From NCBI GenBank assembly GCA_040776945.1, contig JAXGZN010000002.1, positions 995,393-1,059,392 of the forward strand: DNA of 64,000 nt. The letters are read 5' to 3'. Under the pieces are notes generated by a model, which saw nothing but the letters and a program-made list of their open reading frames with translations, searched no databases and was not told the origin of the DNA. Source of the DNA: Methanomassiliicoccaceae archaeon (GTDB lineage Archaea > Thermoplasmatota > Thermoplasmata > Methanomassiliicoccales > Methanomassiliicoccaceae). The position numbers were made by a program, and so were the translations under genes. Below, one piece after another: positions 39,455 through 49,553 of the stretch; positions within the stretch are counted from its first letter, which is position 1; every line of letters begins with the position of its first letter.

Positions 39455-42418
39455 CTATTCATATCGGAGCACCGCGGCCGGAGACACCTTGCTGGCGCCG
39501 CGGGCGGCGGGATAGACGCTCACGAGAGTTGCGAGGAACGTTCCCGCTCCGACGGCGGTTATGTCCAGCCACGGGACCACGAAGTCATAGCCCAGCTCCT
39601 TGAAGGCTTCTAGGTATACTGCATATCCGACGGAGATGCCCAGCAGGGAACCGATAATTATTCCAAGGAGGGATATGAACGCGGACTCCAGGGCGAAGTT
39701 GGCCACCGTCATTCGCTTCGTGTATCCGATGGCCCGCATCACCCCTATCTCCAGTCGCCGCTCGCGAATGGACCGGATGGTGATTATTCCGAGCCCGGAA
39801 ATGCCGATGACCAGTCCGAGGCCCAAGAAGGCCCGGAACAGCGTGAACACGCCGTTGATCCGGTCCACTATCTCGTTGGCGGCCGTGGCCACCGGTATGG
39901 TGTGCATACCATAGGCCAGGAACTCCCTTTCCAGAAGGGCTGCCTGCCGGTCCGCGTCCAGTCCTTTTTGGACCTTTATTAGGAAGATGCTCGGACGATC
40001 GATGCCCATTTCCGCCTCGGTGAAGTCGCGGCTGACGAAGAGGCCGGTGAGGACCGGCTGCTTCATTATCCCGACCACGGTGAAGCTGTGGGGACCGTTC
40101 ATGGTCGTCAGCGTCAGCACGTCCCCGATCTTCGCACGAGGGGCGCCGGCGAACCGGGCCATCTCGTTGCTGAGCATGCTCCCGTCCACTATGACCAGGC
40201 CGGTATCGTCCAGTACGCCTTGCCAGACCTCTTTCTCTGAAGCGAACGTATTCCGGTCCCATTCCGCCAGCCAGTATTCGCCCTGAGTGAACAAGCGGCC
40301 GTCGAAGCCGACGACGCTGTACGGCATGCTGTTGAACATCGGGTCCCCGGAGCTGTCGGTCGCGGTCGTCCCCATCATGCCGCTTCCTGTGGCCAGCGGC
40401 AGCACGGAGGTGATGTTCCTGCCTTCCATGAACGCCGAGGTGGTGTTGGTCAGTTCCCACAGGTCCCCCTCCAACGGAGTGTTGGGGGCGGTGAAGGCGA
40501 TTATGTCGTATCCTCCAGAGGTCTCCGCTGCGAGCTTTGGTATGCCGTGATCCAGGACCGCGGTCATGACCGATAAGGTGGTGACAGTAAATATGACCAG
40601 ACCAAAGATGAAGATGCTGAGCGCTGTGCGGAGCCTGGACCTCAATGGATATGCTATGGCCGTCCTGATCACCGCCCGGTAGCTCTTGCGGGCCCTCAGC
40701 GCCTTGGTGAACGACCAGACGATGGCGTTGGAATTGAACATCACCAGCATCAGCCCTGCGGACACCATGGAAATGCCTGCTAGGACGAACAGCTCGATGA
40801 ACCCGGAGTAGGGGAAGATGGGGAACGGAAGGGGCAGCCAAATGAACAGCGTGGCCAGCGCGGAGATGTTCCATGCTAAGCGATCTCCCAGCACCGCCCT
40901 CAGCAGGAACCCCAGGGAGAAGGTGACGCAGGACAACCCGCCCATAGAGAGCATCTGAGACTCGAGAAGGATGCCGGCGCTGATTAGGGCTGCCCCGCCG
41001 AGGAGGATGGAGCGTCCGGCCAACCTGCTTCTCCGGTCCCCGCGGGCCAGAGGGGGCTCGGGGATGTTCCTCACCGCCCGCACGATGTTCAAGCCAGTTA
41101 TCCTCCATGTGGTGATATGCACCACAATAAGAGCTATCAGGAACCCGATGAGGCAAGAGGCCGCCAGGGAAAGGGGAGTGAAGAAGAAGTGGTCGGCGAT
41201 AGGGAACGTTCCGAGGTTTATCGCCTCCGACGCATAGGTGATCAGCACGTATGCCAGAGCGAGGCCGACCAGAGTCCCTGCCCCGGCAGCCATGGCCGCA
41301 TAGAGCATCCCCTCATAGGTGAGTGCCCTAACGAGCTGGGACCTCTTCATCCCGATGGCCCTGGAAATGCCCATCTCGCTCTTCCGCTCCTCCCCCAGCA
41401 TAGTGAATATGTTGGCGATCAGGACGATCCCGGCGATGATCGAGAAAGAGCCTAGAAGGAAGAAAAGGCTGGTGTATGCGGACATCTCCTTCAGCCCGAT
41501 ATCGATCTTTTCCTGCCTGTCCCCCGTGACCTTAAGGCCTTTCGAGATGTGGGCCTCCAATATCGGACCGACCTGCTCCCTTGCCCGATCGATGTCGGAC
41601 ATGTCGCGGCGGTCCAGGGAGAGCAGCAGCGTGTTACTCTGATCAGGCTTGCCAAGAAGCTCTTGCGCGTCCGCCTGGCTCACGAAAAGGCGCGGGCCGA
41701 GGCCAAAGCTGCCCAGATGCTCATAGCTTATCATTCTATGGACCATCATGTTCACGCTCCTGTTGCCCAGGAGCAGAGTCAGCCGATCGCCGACCGCAGC
41801 GTCCAGAGCGATGGCGAGTTTCTCATTGATGTACGCCTCCCCCCCGGCCGGCACGTCGACCACGCGGTCCCCTGAGATGTCCATAAGGCGGAAATCGGAC
41901 AGGAGCTCGGGCGTTAGCCCCATTAGGCCGGCGTTTGCCTCGAAGAGCTGGGTCCTATCGTCCAGGACCCCTGAGGTGGACCGCAGGAACGAACGAACCG
42001 CGCGGACGTTGCCGATGCTGCGTAGGTCGCTCTCCAGGGAGGCGGTCAGCGATGCGTTGAGCGGCGGGCTGCCCTCTCTCCCCACGTCCTCGATGACGAA
42101 GTCGGCGCCTCCGCTTCCCTTGATGGCCTCAGACACGATCATGTTGTCAAGGGTATCGCCCACGATGAATGACGCCGTTATAATGGCGGTCCCCACCATG
42201 AGGCCGGAAATGACCAGGGCGGTCGTGCCCTTGCGCCTCTGAATGTTGCGACAGCCCATGGTGAACAGTATGCGGTTGTTCCTTGCGTCCATTAGCACAA
42301 GAAGGGCCGCCATGGCGATGCTCGACAGGACCGCGTAGGTGAGGGGCAGGACATACCAGGCAGCGATGATAAATGCCAATAATAGCGCAATGGCCGCAAT
42401 GGTCCGGGCCCGGCCCAA
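39455..42418 (-). CDS. ABC exporter permease (double FtsX/MacB-like)
   Basis: ERKSEMGISRAIG and ERRLEIGVMRAIG repeats; two large extracellular domains. Confidence 0.9.
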   Translation of the reverse strand: MGRARTIAAIALLLAFIIAAWYVLPLTYAVLSSIAMAALLVLMDARNNRILFTMGCRNIQRRKGTTALVISGLMVGTAIITASFIVGDTLDNMIVSEAIKGSGGADFVIEDVGREGSPPLNASLTASLESDLRSIGNVRAVRSFLRSTSGVLDDRTQLFEANAGLMGLTPELLSDFRLMDISGDRVVDVPAGGEAYINEKLAIALDAAVGDRLTLLLGNRSVNMMVHRMISYEHLGSFGLGPRLFVSQADAQELLGKPDQSNTLLLSLDRRDMSDIDRAREQVGPILEAHISKGLKVTGDRQEKIDIGLKEMSAYTSLFFLLGSFSIIAGIVLIANIFTMLGEERKSEMGISRAIGMKRSQLVRALTYEGMLYAAMAAGAGTLVGLALAYVLITYASEAINLGTFPIADHFFFTPLSLAASCLIGFLIALIVVHITTWRITGLNIVRAVRNIPEPPLARGDRRSRLAGRSILLGGAALISAGILLESQMLSMGGLSCVTFSLGFLLRAVLGDRLAWNISALATLFIWLPLPFPIFPYSGFIELFVLAGISMVSAGLMLVMFNSNAIVWSFTKALRARKSYRAVIRTAIAYPLRSRLRTALSIFIFGLVIFTVTTLSVMTAVLDHGIPKLAAETSGGYDIIAFTAPNTPLEGDLWELTNTTSAFMEGRNITSVLPLATGSGMMGTTATDSSGDPMFNSMPYSVVGFDGRLFTQGEYWLAEWDRNTFASEKEVWQGVLDDTGLVIVDGSMLSNEMARFAGAPRAKIGDVLTLTTMNGPHSFTVVGIMKQPVLTGLFVSRDFTEAEMGIDRPSIFLIKVQKGLDADRQAALLEREFLAYGMHTIPVATAANEIVDRINGVFTLFRAFLGLGLVIGISGLGIITIRSIRERRLEIGVMRAIGYTKRMTVANFALESAFISLLGIIIGSLLGISVGYAVYLEAFKELGYDFVVPWLDITAVGAGTFLATLVSVYPAARGASKVSPAAVLRYE

Positions 42419-42422
42419 GACC

Positions 42423-43142
42423 TCACCCCTGCTCCCGGGCCGCTCCGGCGATCATAGATGTCCCCTCGCCACTGCTCACCACCCGGCCGTCACGCATATG
42501 GACGATGCGATCGCATCTCGCTCCCACCTCCGGGTCGTGGGTCACGATGATGAAGGTTTGGCCCTGCTCCTGGTTGAGTCGACGTAGGAGGTCGATCACA
42601 TCGTCGGCGGTCCTCTTGTCCAGATCTCCAGTCGGCTCGTCGGCGAAGACTATTGCCGGGTCGTTGACCAATGCCCGGGCGATGGCCACCCGCTGCCTCT
42701 CGCCGCCGGACAAAGATGCCGGACGCATCGCCGCCCGGGCCCTCAGTCCGACGATGTCCAGCATCATCTCGGCCTTTCTCTTGGCATCCGCGTCGCGGAC
42801 CCCTTTGATCAACAGGGGGAGCTCCACGTTCTCCGTGGCTGAGAGGACAGGCAGCAGGTTGTAGAACTGGAAAATGAACCCCATACGGTCGGCACGGAAA
42901 CTGGCCTTCCTATCATCGCTCATGGATGCGATATCCGTGCCCTCGATGCGGACCTTGCCCGAGGTGATCTCGTCAAGGCCGGACAAGCAGTTAAGCAAGG
43001 TGGTCTTCCCGCATCCGGACGGACCCATGACCGCCACCATCTCTCCCCTTTCGATGTCCAGGTCTATCCCTCGCAAAGCCTCGACCCTGATATCTCCTGT
43101 AATGTAGACCTTGGTCAGGTCCCTGCAGCAGATGATGGTCAC
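42423..43142 (-). CDS. ABC transporter ATP-binding protein (LolD/MacB-like)
   Basis: [23 protein letters not shown]. Confidence 0.95.
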   Translation of the reverse strand: MTIICCRDLTKVYITGDIRVEALRGIDLDIERGEMVAVMGPSGCGKTTLLNCLSGLDEITSGKVRIEGTDIASMSDDRKASFRADRMGFIFQFYNLLPVLSATENVELPLLIKGVRDADAKRKAEMMLDIVGLRARAAMRPASLSGGERQRVAIARALVNDPAIVFADEPTGDLDKRTADDVIDLLRRLNQEQGQTFIIVTHDPEVGARCDRIVHMRDGRVVSSGEGTSMIAGAAREQG

Positions 43143-43320
43143 GCGGCACCACGTTCCACGACGCTTTCTATGTGTTCTGCGTCAATATATATGCTGTCCG
43201 AGAGGTTAGAGCCTGCACGTCCCCTTCGCCAGAGGGGCGAGGTGTCCATTACCGGCATCGTCATCTGCGTCGTCATGCCGATGATGGCCGTAGCGGGCGT
43301 GCAAATGCCACCGTGGCCGG

Positions 43321-45021
43321 TTAAGGTTCCCGCGCTCTTGCATCCCGCAGGCCTGCCTGGCCTTCGGTGCCGTACCTCTCGCCCATCAAGCGGCGGAACT
43401 CGCGGTCGTCCGGGACCACGTATATGTGCTTCGGCTTGAGCTGCCCGTAGGAGCGTCCTTCCCTGATCCGGCGGCCGATCTCGGCCTCGACAACGTCGTA
43501 GGCCTTGGACGGAAGGATTATTATGTCCAGTTTCCCCAGGTCGTTGGCGGTCTGGAACGAGTGAGGGATGTCCGACCTCTCATGGGTCAGGCGCCGGACG
43601 ATCTCGTTCTTGTACCGGGCGATGTCCGCGGGGTCCGTTTCCGGTATGACCACCACCGCAAGGCGCGCGGGCATTTCCTTGATGTTGTACATCTCCCACC
43701 ACCTCACGTTGCTGGACCTGTGGAGCGCTTCGTTCACGTAGCGGGAGTAGAACTTCATCCCCAGATAATTTCCAGCCTCGTCCTTGGCCTCGAAATCGAG
43801 GGTCTCCACCGATCTGCCGAGCACCCTGATGAGGGGGAGCGTTATCTCCACATTCTCGCCGCCAATGTTCACGGTCATGCTATGGGCCGGGTCCAGCACC
43901 TCGATCACGTCTCCCGTGGGATGCCGCACCAGGGGCAGGCACTGGCCTTCTCGGGTTACTATGAGCTCCCCCCTCATGCCCTCCTTCCACTCGTACCACG
44001 GGACGCCCCTGACCGTATGCCCGGGGTCTGCGTTGTGCTTAATAACGTCCTCGGTGGTCGCGATCTCAGGTATCAGCGTGTGGATGAAGAAGCTGAGGCC
44101 GTTCACCGAACGGTCGATCTGCACCGCGGTAATGGGGTTCTCGGTGCTTCCGTACGCATCATGGACCTGGATGCGTGGATAGCACCTCTTCAGCTCGCTC
44201 AAGTATGGATTCAGCGGCTCTGCGTAGGAGATGGCTATGGTTACCTCGCCGGTGATGCTCTTCAGAGCGTCCAGGTCGACGCCCCGGAGGTATATTCGCC
44301 GGGCGAGCTTGGCCAAAGGCCGGGGGAGGCGGTAGGACCGCATGGCCTTGTCCTCGATGAGGCCGTGCAGGAAGCCGGGCTCATTGCCCATCCTGCCGAT
44401 GAGATAGAGCATGAGGGCGGCGGTGGCCATGATGTCCACCTTCCTCTCCGAAGAGATGCGCCTCAGGGCGATGATGAGGTCCTTGTCGTCCTTGAGGAGT
44501 GTGGACACCGAATCGGCCATCTCCAGCACGTCCTTGGCTTGGTCGAACATGTATCCCGAGACGTCCGGCAGCGGGCCTCCCAGGTTCCATCCCCTCATCC
44601 CCGGCCTTATCCCCATCATCCTGGAGACCACGGCGTACTCCAGGGCGAACCGGTCGATGTCCTCAGCACCATAGTGGAACGATTTGGGCTTGCCGGTGGA
44701 GCCAGATGTCCGGAAGTTTATCTGTGATGGGGACAGCAGTACATTTTCCAGGCCGTCCTGCTCGATGCGCTCGAAGATGTGATCGTAGGTGGTGAGGGGC
44801 AGCGTGCTGAGATCGTCCAAGGACGTGGTCCGTGTTGTCCGGCCAGCGTAGACCGGGGAACCGAGCGCTCTCTCGGTGATCTCCTTCAGCATGCCCTGAT
44901 GCCTCTCTTTGTGCTCGTCGTACCCTATACGGTACCTCTCGATCACGAGCCTGTCCAGCCTGTCGCTGCCGGCCGATGCCACGGGGTCATGAAGGCGAAG
45001 TCCGTTCAAAAACGTATCCAC
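43321..45021 (-). CDS. GH3/PaaK-like adenylate-forming (ANL) ligase
   Basis: LPLTTY, RTSGSTGKPK, DAYGSTE, GELIVT, TGDVI; start uncertain (GTG 45021 or 44982). Confidence 0.7.
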   Translation of the reverse strand: MDTFLNGLRLHDPVASAGSDRLDRLVIERYRIGYDEHKERHQGMLKEITERALGSPVYAGRTTRTTSLDDLSTLPLTTYDHIFERIEQDGLENVLLSPSQINFRTSGSTGKPKSFHYGAEDIDRFALEYAVVSRMMGIRPGMRGWNLGGPLPDVSGYMFDQAKDVLEMADSVSTLLKDDKDLIIALRRISSERKVDIMATAALMLYLIGRMGNEPGFLHGLIEDKAMRSYRLPRPLAKLARRIYLRGVDLDALKSITGEVTIAISYAEPLNPYLSELKRCYPRIQVHDAYGSTENPITAVQIDRSVNGLSFFIHTLIPEIATTEDVIKHNADPGHTVRGVPWYEWKEGMRGELIVTREGQCLPLVRHPTGDVIEVLDPAHSMTVNIGGENVEITLPLIRVLGRSVETLDFEAKDEAGNYLGMKFYSRYVNEALHRSSNVRWWEMYNIKEMPARLAVVVIPETDPADIARYKNEIVRRLTHERSDIPHSFQTANDLGKLDIIILPSKAYDVVEAEIGRRIREGRSYGQLKPKHIYVVPDDREFRRLMGERYGTEGQAGLRDARAREP

Positions 45022-45477
45022 CTGAATTATCGTTCGCTCATGGTCCGTGCCGGCCTTGACGGGAGAGGGCCCCCTTGGGCTAGGTCCTTCCACTTCAGGG
45101 CTCGGCGTCGGTCTACCGCTCTCATCTCGGCCGCGGCCCTTGGCCCGAGGCCCCGCCCTGTTGGAGCGGAACGGCCTTGATCTCGGCTCCAAGCCATTTT
45201 GGCCTTCCTACCCCCTCCATCCTTCCTCAGTCAATAATGCTCCCTCGGGAGGCCTGAATGCATGGCCTGGGATAAGACGGGGGGACCGCGTCCAACCCCT
45301 AAGGTCCTTCGCGCGTTCGCCATAAAGGTGGCCTCGGCGTCCATGCCGCTGAAGGCATTGCCGGCCACCCTTCGCTCCGGCGTTCTGCCCCTCCAGTTTT
45401 TGCATGAGGAGCGGCCAGGCGATTAATAGCGGTAACTGCCAGCATCCTTTGCTGATAGGATCAGCAGGAGGCATGCT

Positions 45478-45714
45478 ATGGAGATGCGAGAGAGGATGCA
45501 ACGCAGGCCCGAGGAAAGCGAGAGGCTCGATGAGGAGGAGCTCAGGTTGAGGGACCAGACGCTCAGCAGAACCCCTTCCGACACCGACCGCTCGAAGACA
45601 GTATCAGGCATCTACGCCCCTATGGGGGGCGGCGAGGGCATGGCCCCCATCTCTGGCGAGAAAGAGGGAGGGGCAGGAGAGAGGAAGGAAGGGCCTGCCA
45701 AGAGATCGATATAG
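45478..45714 (+). CDS. Small hydrophilic hypothetical protein
   Basis: AGGAGG upstream, TTAATA box; charged low-complexity 78 aa. Confidence 0.55.
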   Translation: MEMRERMQRRPEESERLDEEELRLRDQTLSRTPSDTDRSKTVSGIYAPMGGGEGMAPISGEKEGGAGERKEGPAKRSI

Positions 45715-46486
45715 AGCGGTCCATGCGAGCCCTGAGTGACCGGAAGGACGATGGCCGGGAGATGATGGGGTCGCGCCATCAGGCCCCTGACCCCGGCACC
45801 GGAAAGGCCCGGGATCGAGGCGGCGTGCTCCGCCCGGGCAGGTCCGGAACATGGCGGCCTTCGTCGAGCTGGCCGCAAATTCGGCCGTTTTGTTCATCTT
45901 GAGGATCACGCCGCGTGAAGGCAGCGTCCGCGCCCTTTCAGGACCGCTGAGATCCCTCCGAGCGGGCGAGGGGCCTGAAGCTCCTCGAGCACGGTCGAAA
46001 CGGCCTTCGGCCATAACTATGGACGCTAAGGCAGCGGGGCAGGTCATGCTTTGTCCTCGATGATCGGACATGGACCAGGGTCCGAACCAGCAGGACCGGA
46101 CGCTGTACGTTATCGAGAAGGCCGGGCATTGGCAGCTCGTCCTCCTCTTTTTGAGAGCAGAGGCCTCGAACGAAGGGACGGTCATGTGATTGGCGCGGCT
46201 CATTGCCAAGAACGTCCTGGCCATTGGCACGGTCCGGCTGATTCTGCTATTTCGGCCTGATCGTGCTCGTCAAAGGGCTGGGCCAATAGGACCAGGACGC
46301 GAACGGGTGGGCACTGAAGAAGGCCTAGAGGCCCCTTAGCGGCCGCGCTCATTATACCGGAGAAGGCTGGGCGGCCGCATAAGGTCGAGAGAGAGCCTTG
46401 ACCGCCTCCCTGCGTCCGATCGGTCTTGCGATCCCATCGGACACGCGATGTGGGCCCCTGCCGTCCGAGACGGGCGCCGGCCACGG

Positions 46487-46756
46487 TCAGAACTTGGCCG
46501 GGCCGCCGTCGCAATAGTAGTTGGACGATAGCCCGTTCTCGATGGCCACATCGCACTCCCCGCAGACGCAGCCGAGCCGGACCAGGCGGCAACGGGTCGA
46601 GCCGCGCGCGCAGTACAGCCTCTCCCGTCCTTCGATCATGCACTCATCGAAGGTGGGGCAGCCGGGGCAGAAACATCTCTTGGCGTTCTCCTCGGTGTCC
46701 CTCACCCTGGCCTCCTTGGTCTCCGCCGGGCAGGGTCGTCTCTCATTGGTCATCAT
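46487..46756 (-). CDS. Cys-rich DUF2769-like protein
   Basis: 10 Cys: CxCxxCPT...LYC...CxCxxC...YYC; overlaps the 3' end of the upstream propeller gene. Confidence 0.8.
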   Translation of the reverse strand: MMTNERRPCPAETKEARVRDTEENAKRCFCPGCPTFDECMIEGRERLYCARGSTRCRLVRLGCVCGECDVAIENGLSSNYYCDGGPAKF

Positions 46757-47864
46757 ACCACCTCCACCCGTCGATGGGGACGACCCGGTACACGCTGCCC
46801 CCCGGCCTCTGGCCGAAGATGTCGCCCTCGCCGTGCAGGTCAGTGAAGTACAGACCGTCGGGGCCGAAAGCCAGCCCTACCGGCATGCCCAGGCCGGGAC
46901 CGATGTACGCCAGGAACTCATCGTAGGACCTGACGCCGGTGCCGTCCTCGTTCAGCCGCATCTTGATCACGCTCTTTCCCTTGCGGACAGGTGACCTGTA
47001 CCTCGCCGGACCGGCCAGGGCGACGAACAGTTCGTCGTGGAACTCCTCTGGGAACTGGCCATCCTGCATGAAGTCGAGGGCGGTGGGCGCCTGAGTGAAG
47101 TGCCACCAGAACAGAGAGCCGCTGCGCATGTCCGGAGACCATCCGTAGTTCCCGCCGGGCACGACCTTGGCGATCCGGTCATCCGTGCGGGGCCCGTTGT
47201 CAGTGATGTACAGCGAGCGGTCGCTCTTGCGCCACGCCGCCCCGAACGGGTTCCTGAACCCTTTGGCGTACACCGGACTGCCGTTCGAGGGGTTGTCGAC
47301 AGGCACGCTGCCGTCGAGGTTGAAGCGCAGCACCTTGCCCCGGGGGTCACGGTCGTCCTGCGCGGTCTGCGGCGTGGTGAGGCCGTCCCCGGTGGTGACG
47401 TACAGCTTGTCATCGAAACCGAAGGTGAGGGCCTGTATCTGGTGCGCGGCAAGGACCGAAGGTATCCCGTCCAACACCGTCTCGATGCTCTCAGCGCGGA
47501 GCTTTCCCTTCATGCGGACGACCTTGCCCTTGAAGTCGTTCCCGTCCTTGTAGAGCATGGACGCGAACACGTCCCCGGAAGACGGCTCCACCTGGACCCC
47601 CGTCACTCCGGACTCTCCCGAGCCCGGCAGGACGTAGTCCGGCCGGTAGTTCAGCAGCCCGTCGGCGTAGGTGTGGGCCTGACAGTCCCTGGTGATGACC
47701 TTGATCTCGCCATACAGCATGCTTACGTAGAGCAGCGGATCGTCATCGTTCCTCCCCGGTCTCTGGACCGGCGCCACGTTGGTCGGCTTGTGGAGGCCGG
47801 TGGAGACCAGTTCGATCCTGAAGCCCGGGAACACCCACCAGCCATCGATAGGTTCCATGGACAT
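46743..47864 (-). CDS. PQQ-dependent glucose/sorbosone dehydrogenase-like beta-propeller
   Basis: AHQIQALTFGFDDKLY, GKVLRFNLDGSVPVDNP, GFRNPFG, GGNYGW; no signal peptide. Confidence 0.85.
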   Translation of the reverse strand: MSMEPIDGWWVFPGFRIELVSTGLHKPTNVAPVQRPGRNDDDPLLYVSMLYGEIKVITRDCQAHTYADGLLNYRPDYVLPGSGESGVTGVQVEPSSGDVFASMLYKDGNDFKGKVVRMKGKLRAESIETVLDGIPSVLAAHQIQALTFGFDDKLYVTTGDGLTTPQTAQDDRDPRGKVLRFNLDGSVPVDNPSNGSPVYAKGFRNPFGAAWRKSDRSLYITDNGPRTDDRIAKVVPGGNYGWSPDMRSGSLFWWHFTQAPTALDFMQDGQFPEEFHDELFVALAGPARYRSPVRKGKSVIKMRLNEDGTGVRSYDEFLAYIGPGLGMPVGLAFGPDGLYFTDLHGEGDIFGQRPGGSVYRVVPIDGWRWYDDQ

Positions 47865-47884
47865 CGCCTCTCTAGAAGGCGGCC

Positions 47885-48124
47885 CTAACGCGGCCTCTTA
47901 TGCTCCTGCTCCGATTCGTTGCCTCGAATGCAGTAGTACATGAACTGCAGGTCCAGGTCCTTATGGACCGGGCAACCGGGGCAAAAGCACACCTTCATCT
48001 CCTTGATGCAGGAGCTCCTTTTGCTCATGCAGAAGGCGAGCTCGTCCTTCTCCTTTGCGCACTCCAGATAGGTGGGGCAGGGCGGACAGTTGCACTTCGA
48101 GCGATACTCATCCATCTTGGACAT
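47885..48124 (-). CDS. Cys-rich DUF2769-like protein
   Basis: Same 10-Cys spacing as 46487-46756. Confidence 0.82.
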   Translation of the reverse strand: MSKMDEYRSKCNCPPCPTYLECAKEKDELAFCMSKRSSCIKEMKVCFCPGCPVHKDLDLQFMYYCIRGNESEQEHKRPR

Positions 48125-48244
48125 CTTGACACCTGGCGGTTACAATCTCAGGCCGGCGCTTATCAATGTTTGCCATGGGCGGGCTGGCCTCCGCCTGCAA
48201 TCTATTTATCCCACCCCCATCCACGTCCAATGAGGTGATCACAA

Positions 48245-49537
48245 TTGGAACAGATGACGAGGACAGCGGTAAGGGCCAAGATCGCCGAGCGGCCTAGGAC
48301 CGTCGAGGCCGAGATCGGGCTGGAGCTTGTGGCGGAGGGGCTGGCCAATCCCGTGTTCCTGACCAGCCCTCCAGGGGACAGAACGCTATACATCGTCGAC
48401 CAGATAGGGAAGGTGTTCTCTCTCGACGCGTCCGGCGGAAAGCTGGAGACCTTCCTTGACATAACGGACCAGGTCGTGGACCTTGATCCCGGTTACGATG
48501 AGCGTGGACTTCTGGGGCTGGCTTTCCACCCTGACTTTGAGAGCGACCCCCGCTTCTATGTCTTCTACAGCGCCCCGCCGAGGGACGAGGCCCCCGCTGG
48601 ATGGAACTGCACGAACCATCTTGTCGAGTACAGGGCGGACAAGAGCGCTCCTCCCCGGGCCGACCCAAGTTCGAGGAGGGTGCTGCTCACCGTGGACAAG
48701 CCGCAGATGAACCACAACGGCGGCCACATCGCCTTTGGACCGGACGGCTACCTGTACGTGCCCCTCGGCGACGGGGGAGGATCGAACGACCAGGGCGAGG
48801 GCCATACGCCGGGCATCGGAAACGCGCAGGACACCACGAAGCTGCTCGGCAAGGTCCTGCGCATCGACGTGGACGACAGGAGCGGGGGCAGGGAGTACGG
48901 CATCCCGGCGGACAATCCCTTCGCGGACGGGGGCGGGCGGCCGGAGATCTTCGCCTACGGCCTCAGGAACCCCTATCACATCGCGTTCGATGCCGGCGGC
49001 GAGCGCAAGCTCTTCGCTGCGGACGCCGGGCAGGTCAGGTGGGAGGAGGTGGATATCATCGAGAAGGGCGGCAACTATGGCTGGAACATCAAGGAGGGTG
49101 CCCATCACTTTGACAGCGAAGATAACACCGTCAGCCGCCTGGCCGTTGACGGCCCGTCCGGCCTCACCGACCCCATTGTGGAGTATCCCAACCTCGGCAA
49201 CAGCATGGGAGGCATGGGGGCGGTGGTGATAGGCGGCTACGTGTACCGCGGCCGGGCGATGCCGTTCCTTGAGGGGCGATACATCTTCGGCGACTTCACC
49301 GGAAATAGCGGAAGACCGGACGGCCGGATATTCGTCGCCTCGCCTTCCGCGGACGGCGAGGGCAGATGGGTCATGGACGAGCTGAGGGTCGCGGGCAGGA
49401 GAGGCGGCAGGCTGGGCGAGTACCTGCTGTCTTTCGGACAGGACAGCGACAATGAGCTGTACGTGCTCAGCTCCGACACCGAAGGCCCCGAGGGCAGGTT
49501 CGGGAGGGTCTACAGGATCGTGCCTCCGAACAGGTGA
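48245..49537 (+). CDS. PQQ-dependent glucose/sorbosone dehydrogenase-like beta-propeller
   Basis: ERGLLGLAFHP, NHNGGHIAFGPDGYLY, GLRNPY, GGNYGW; GAGGTGA upstream; no signal peptide. Confidence 0.9.
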   Translation: MEQMTRTAVRAKIAERPRTVEAEIGLELVAEGLANPVFLTSPPGDRTLYIVDQIGKVFSLDASGGKLETFLDITDQVVDLDPGYDERGLLGLAFHPDFESDPRFYVFYSAPPRDEAPAGWNCTNHLVEYRADKSAPPRADPSSRRVLLTVDKPQMNHNGGHIAFGPDGYLYVPLGDGGGSNDQGEGHTPGIGNAQDTTKLLGKVLRIDVDDRSGGREYGIPADNPFADGGGRPEIFAYGLRNPYHIAFDAGGERKLFAADAGQVRWEEVDIIEKGGNYGWNIKEGAHHFDSEDNTVSRLAVDGPSGLTDPIVEYPNLGNSMGGMGAVVIGGYVYRGRAMPFLEGRYIFGDFTGNSGRPDGRIFVASPSADGEGRWVMDELRVAGRRGGRLGEYLLSFGQDSDNELYVLSSDTEGPEGRFGRVYRIVPPNR

Positions 49538-49553
49538 GGGGGAAGAGGCCCTC

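Noticed and set aside
45022-45192. N-terminal extensions in the ORF track (also 1415-1480, 7971-8024, 18452-18547, 19338-19454, 33184-33294, 49452-49553)
   Set aside because: Low-complexity or overlapping upstream genes; better starts with RBS or translational coupling lie downstream
45966-45975. gcgaggggcc matches the tRNA-Leu 3' end (possible att site bounding an island)
   Set aside because: Only 10 GC-rich bases, plausible by chance in 64 kb; no integrase seen
45715-46486. Several short ORFs in a ~770-bp gap
   Set aside because: No motifs, clear RBS or coding-like composition in any frame; left unannotated
47864-47887. Pyrrolysine read-through fusing the Cys-rich protein (TAG stop) to the propeller gene
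   Set aside because: The downstream ATG is 20 nt past the stop, out of frame
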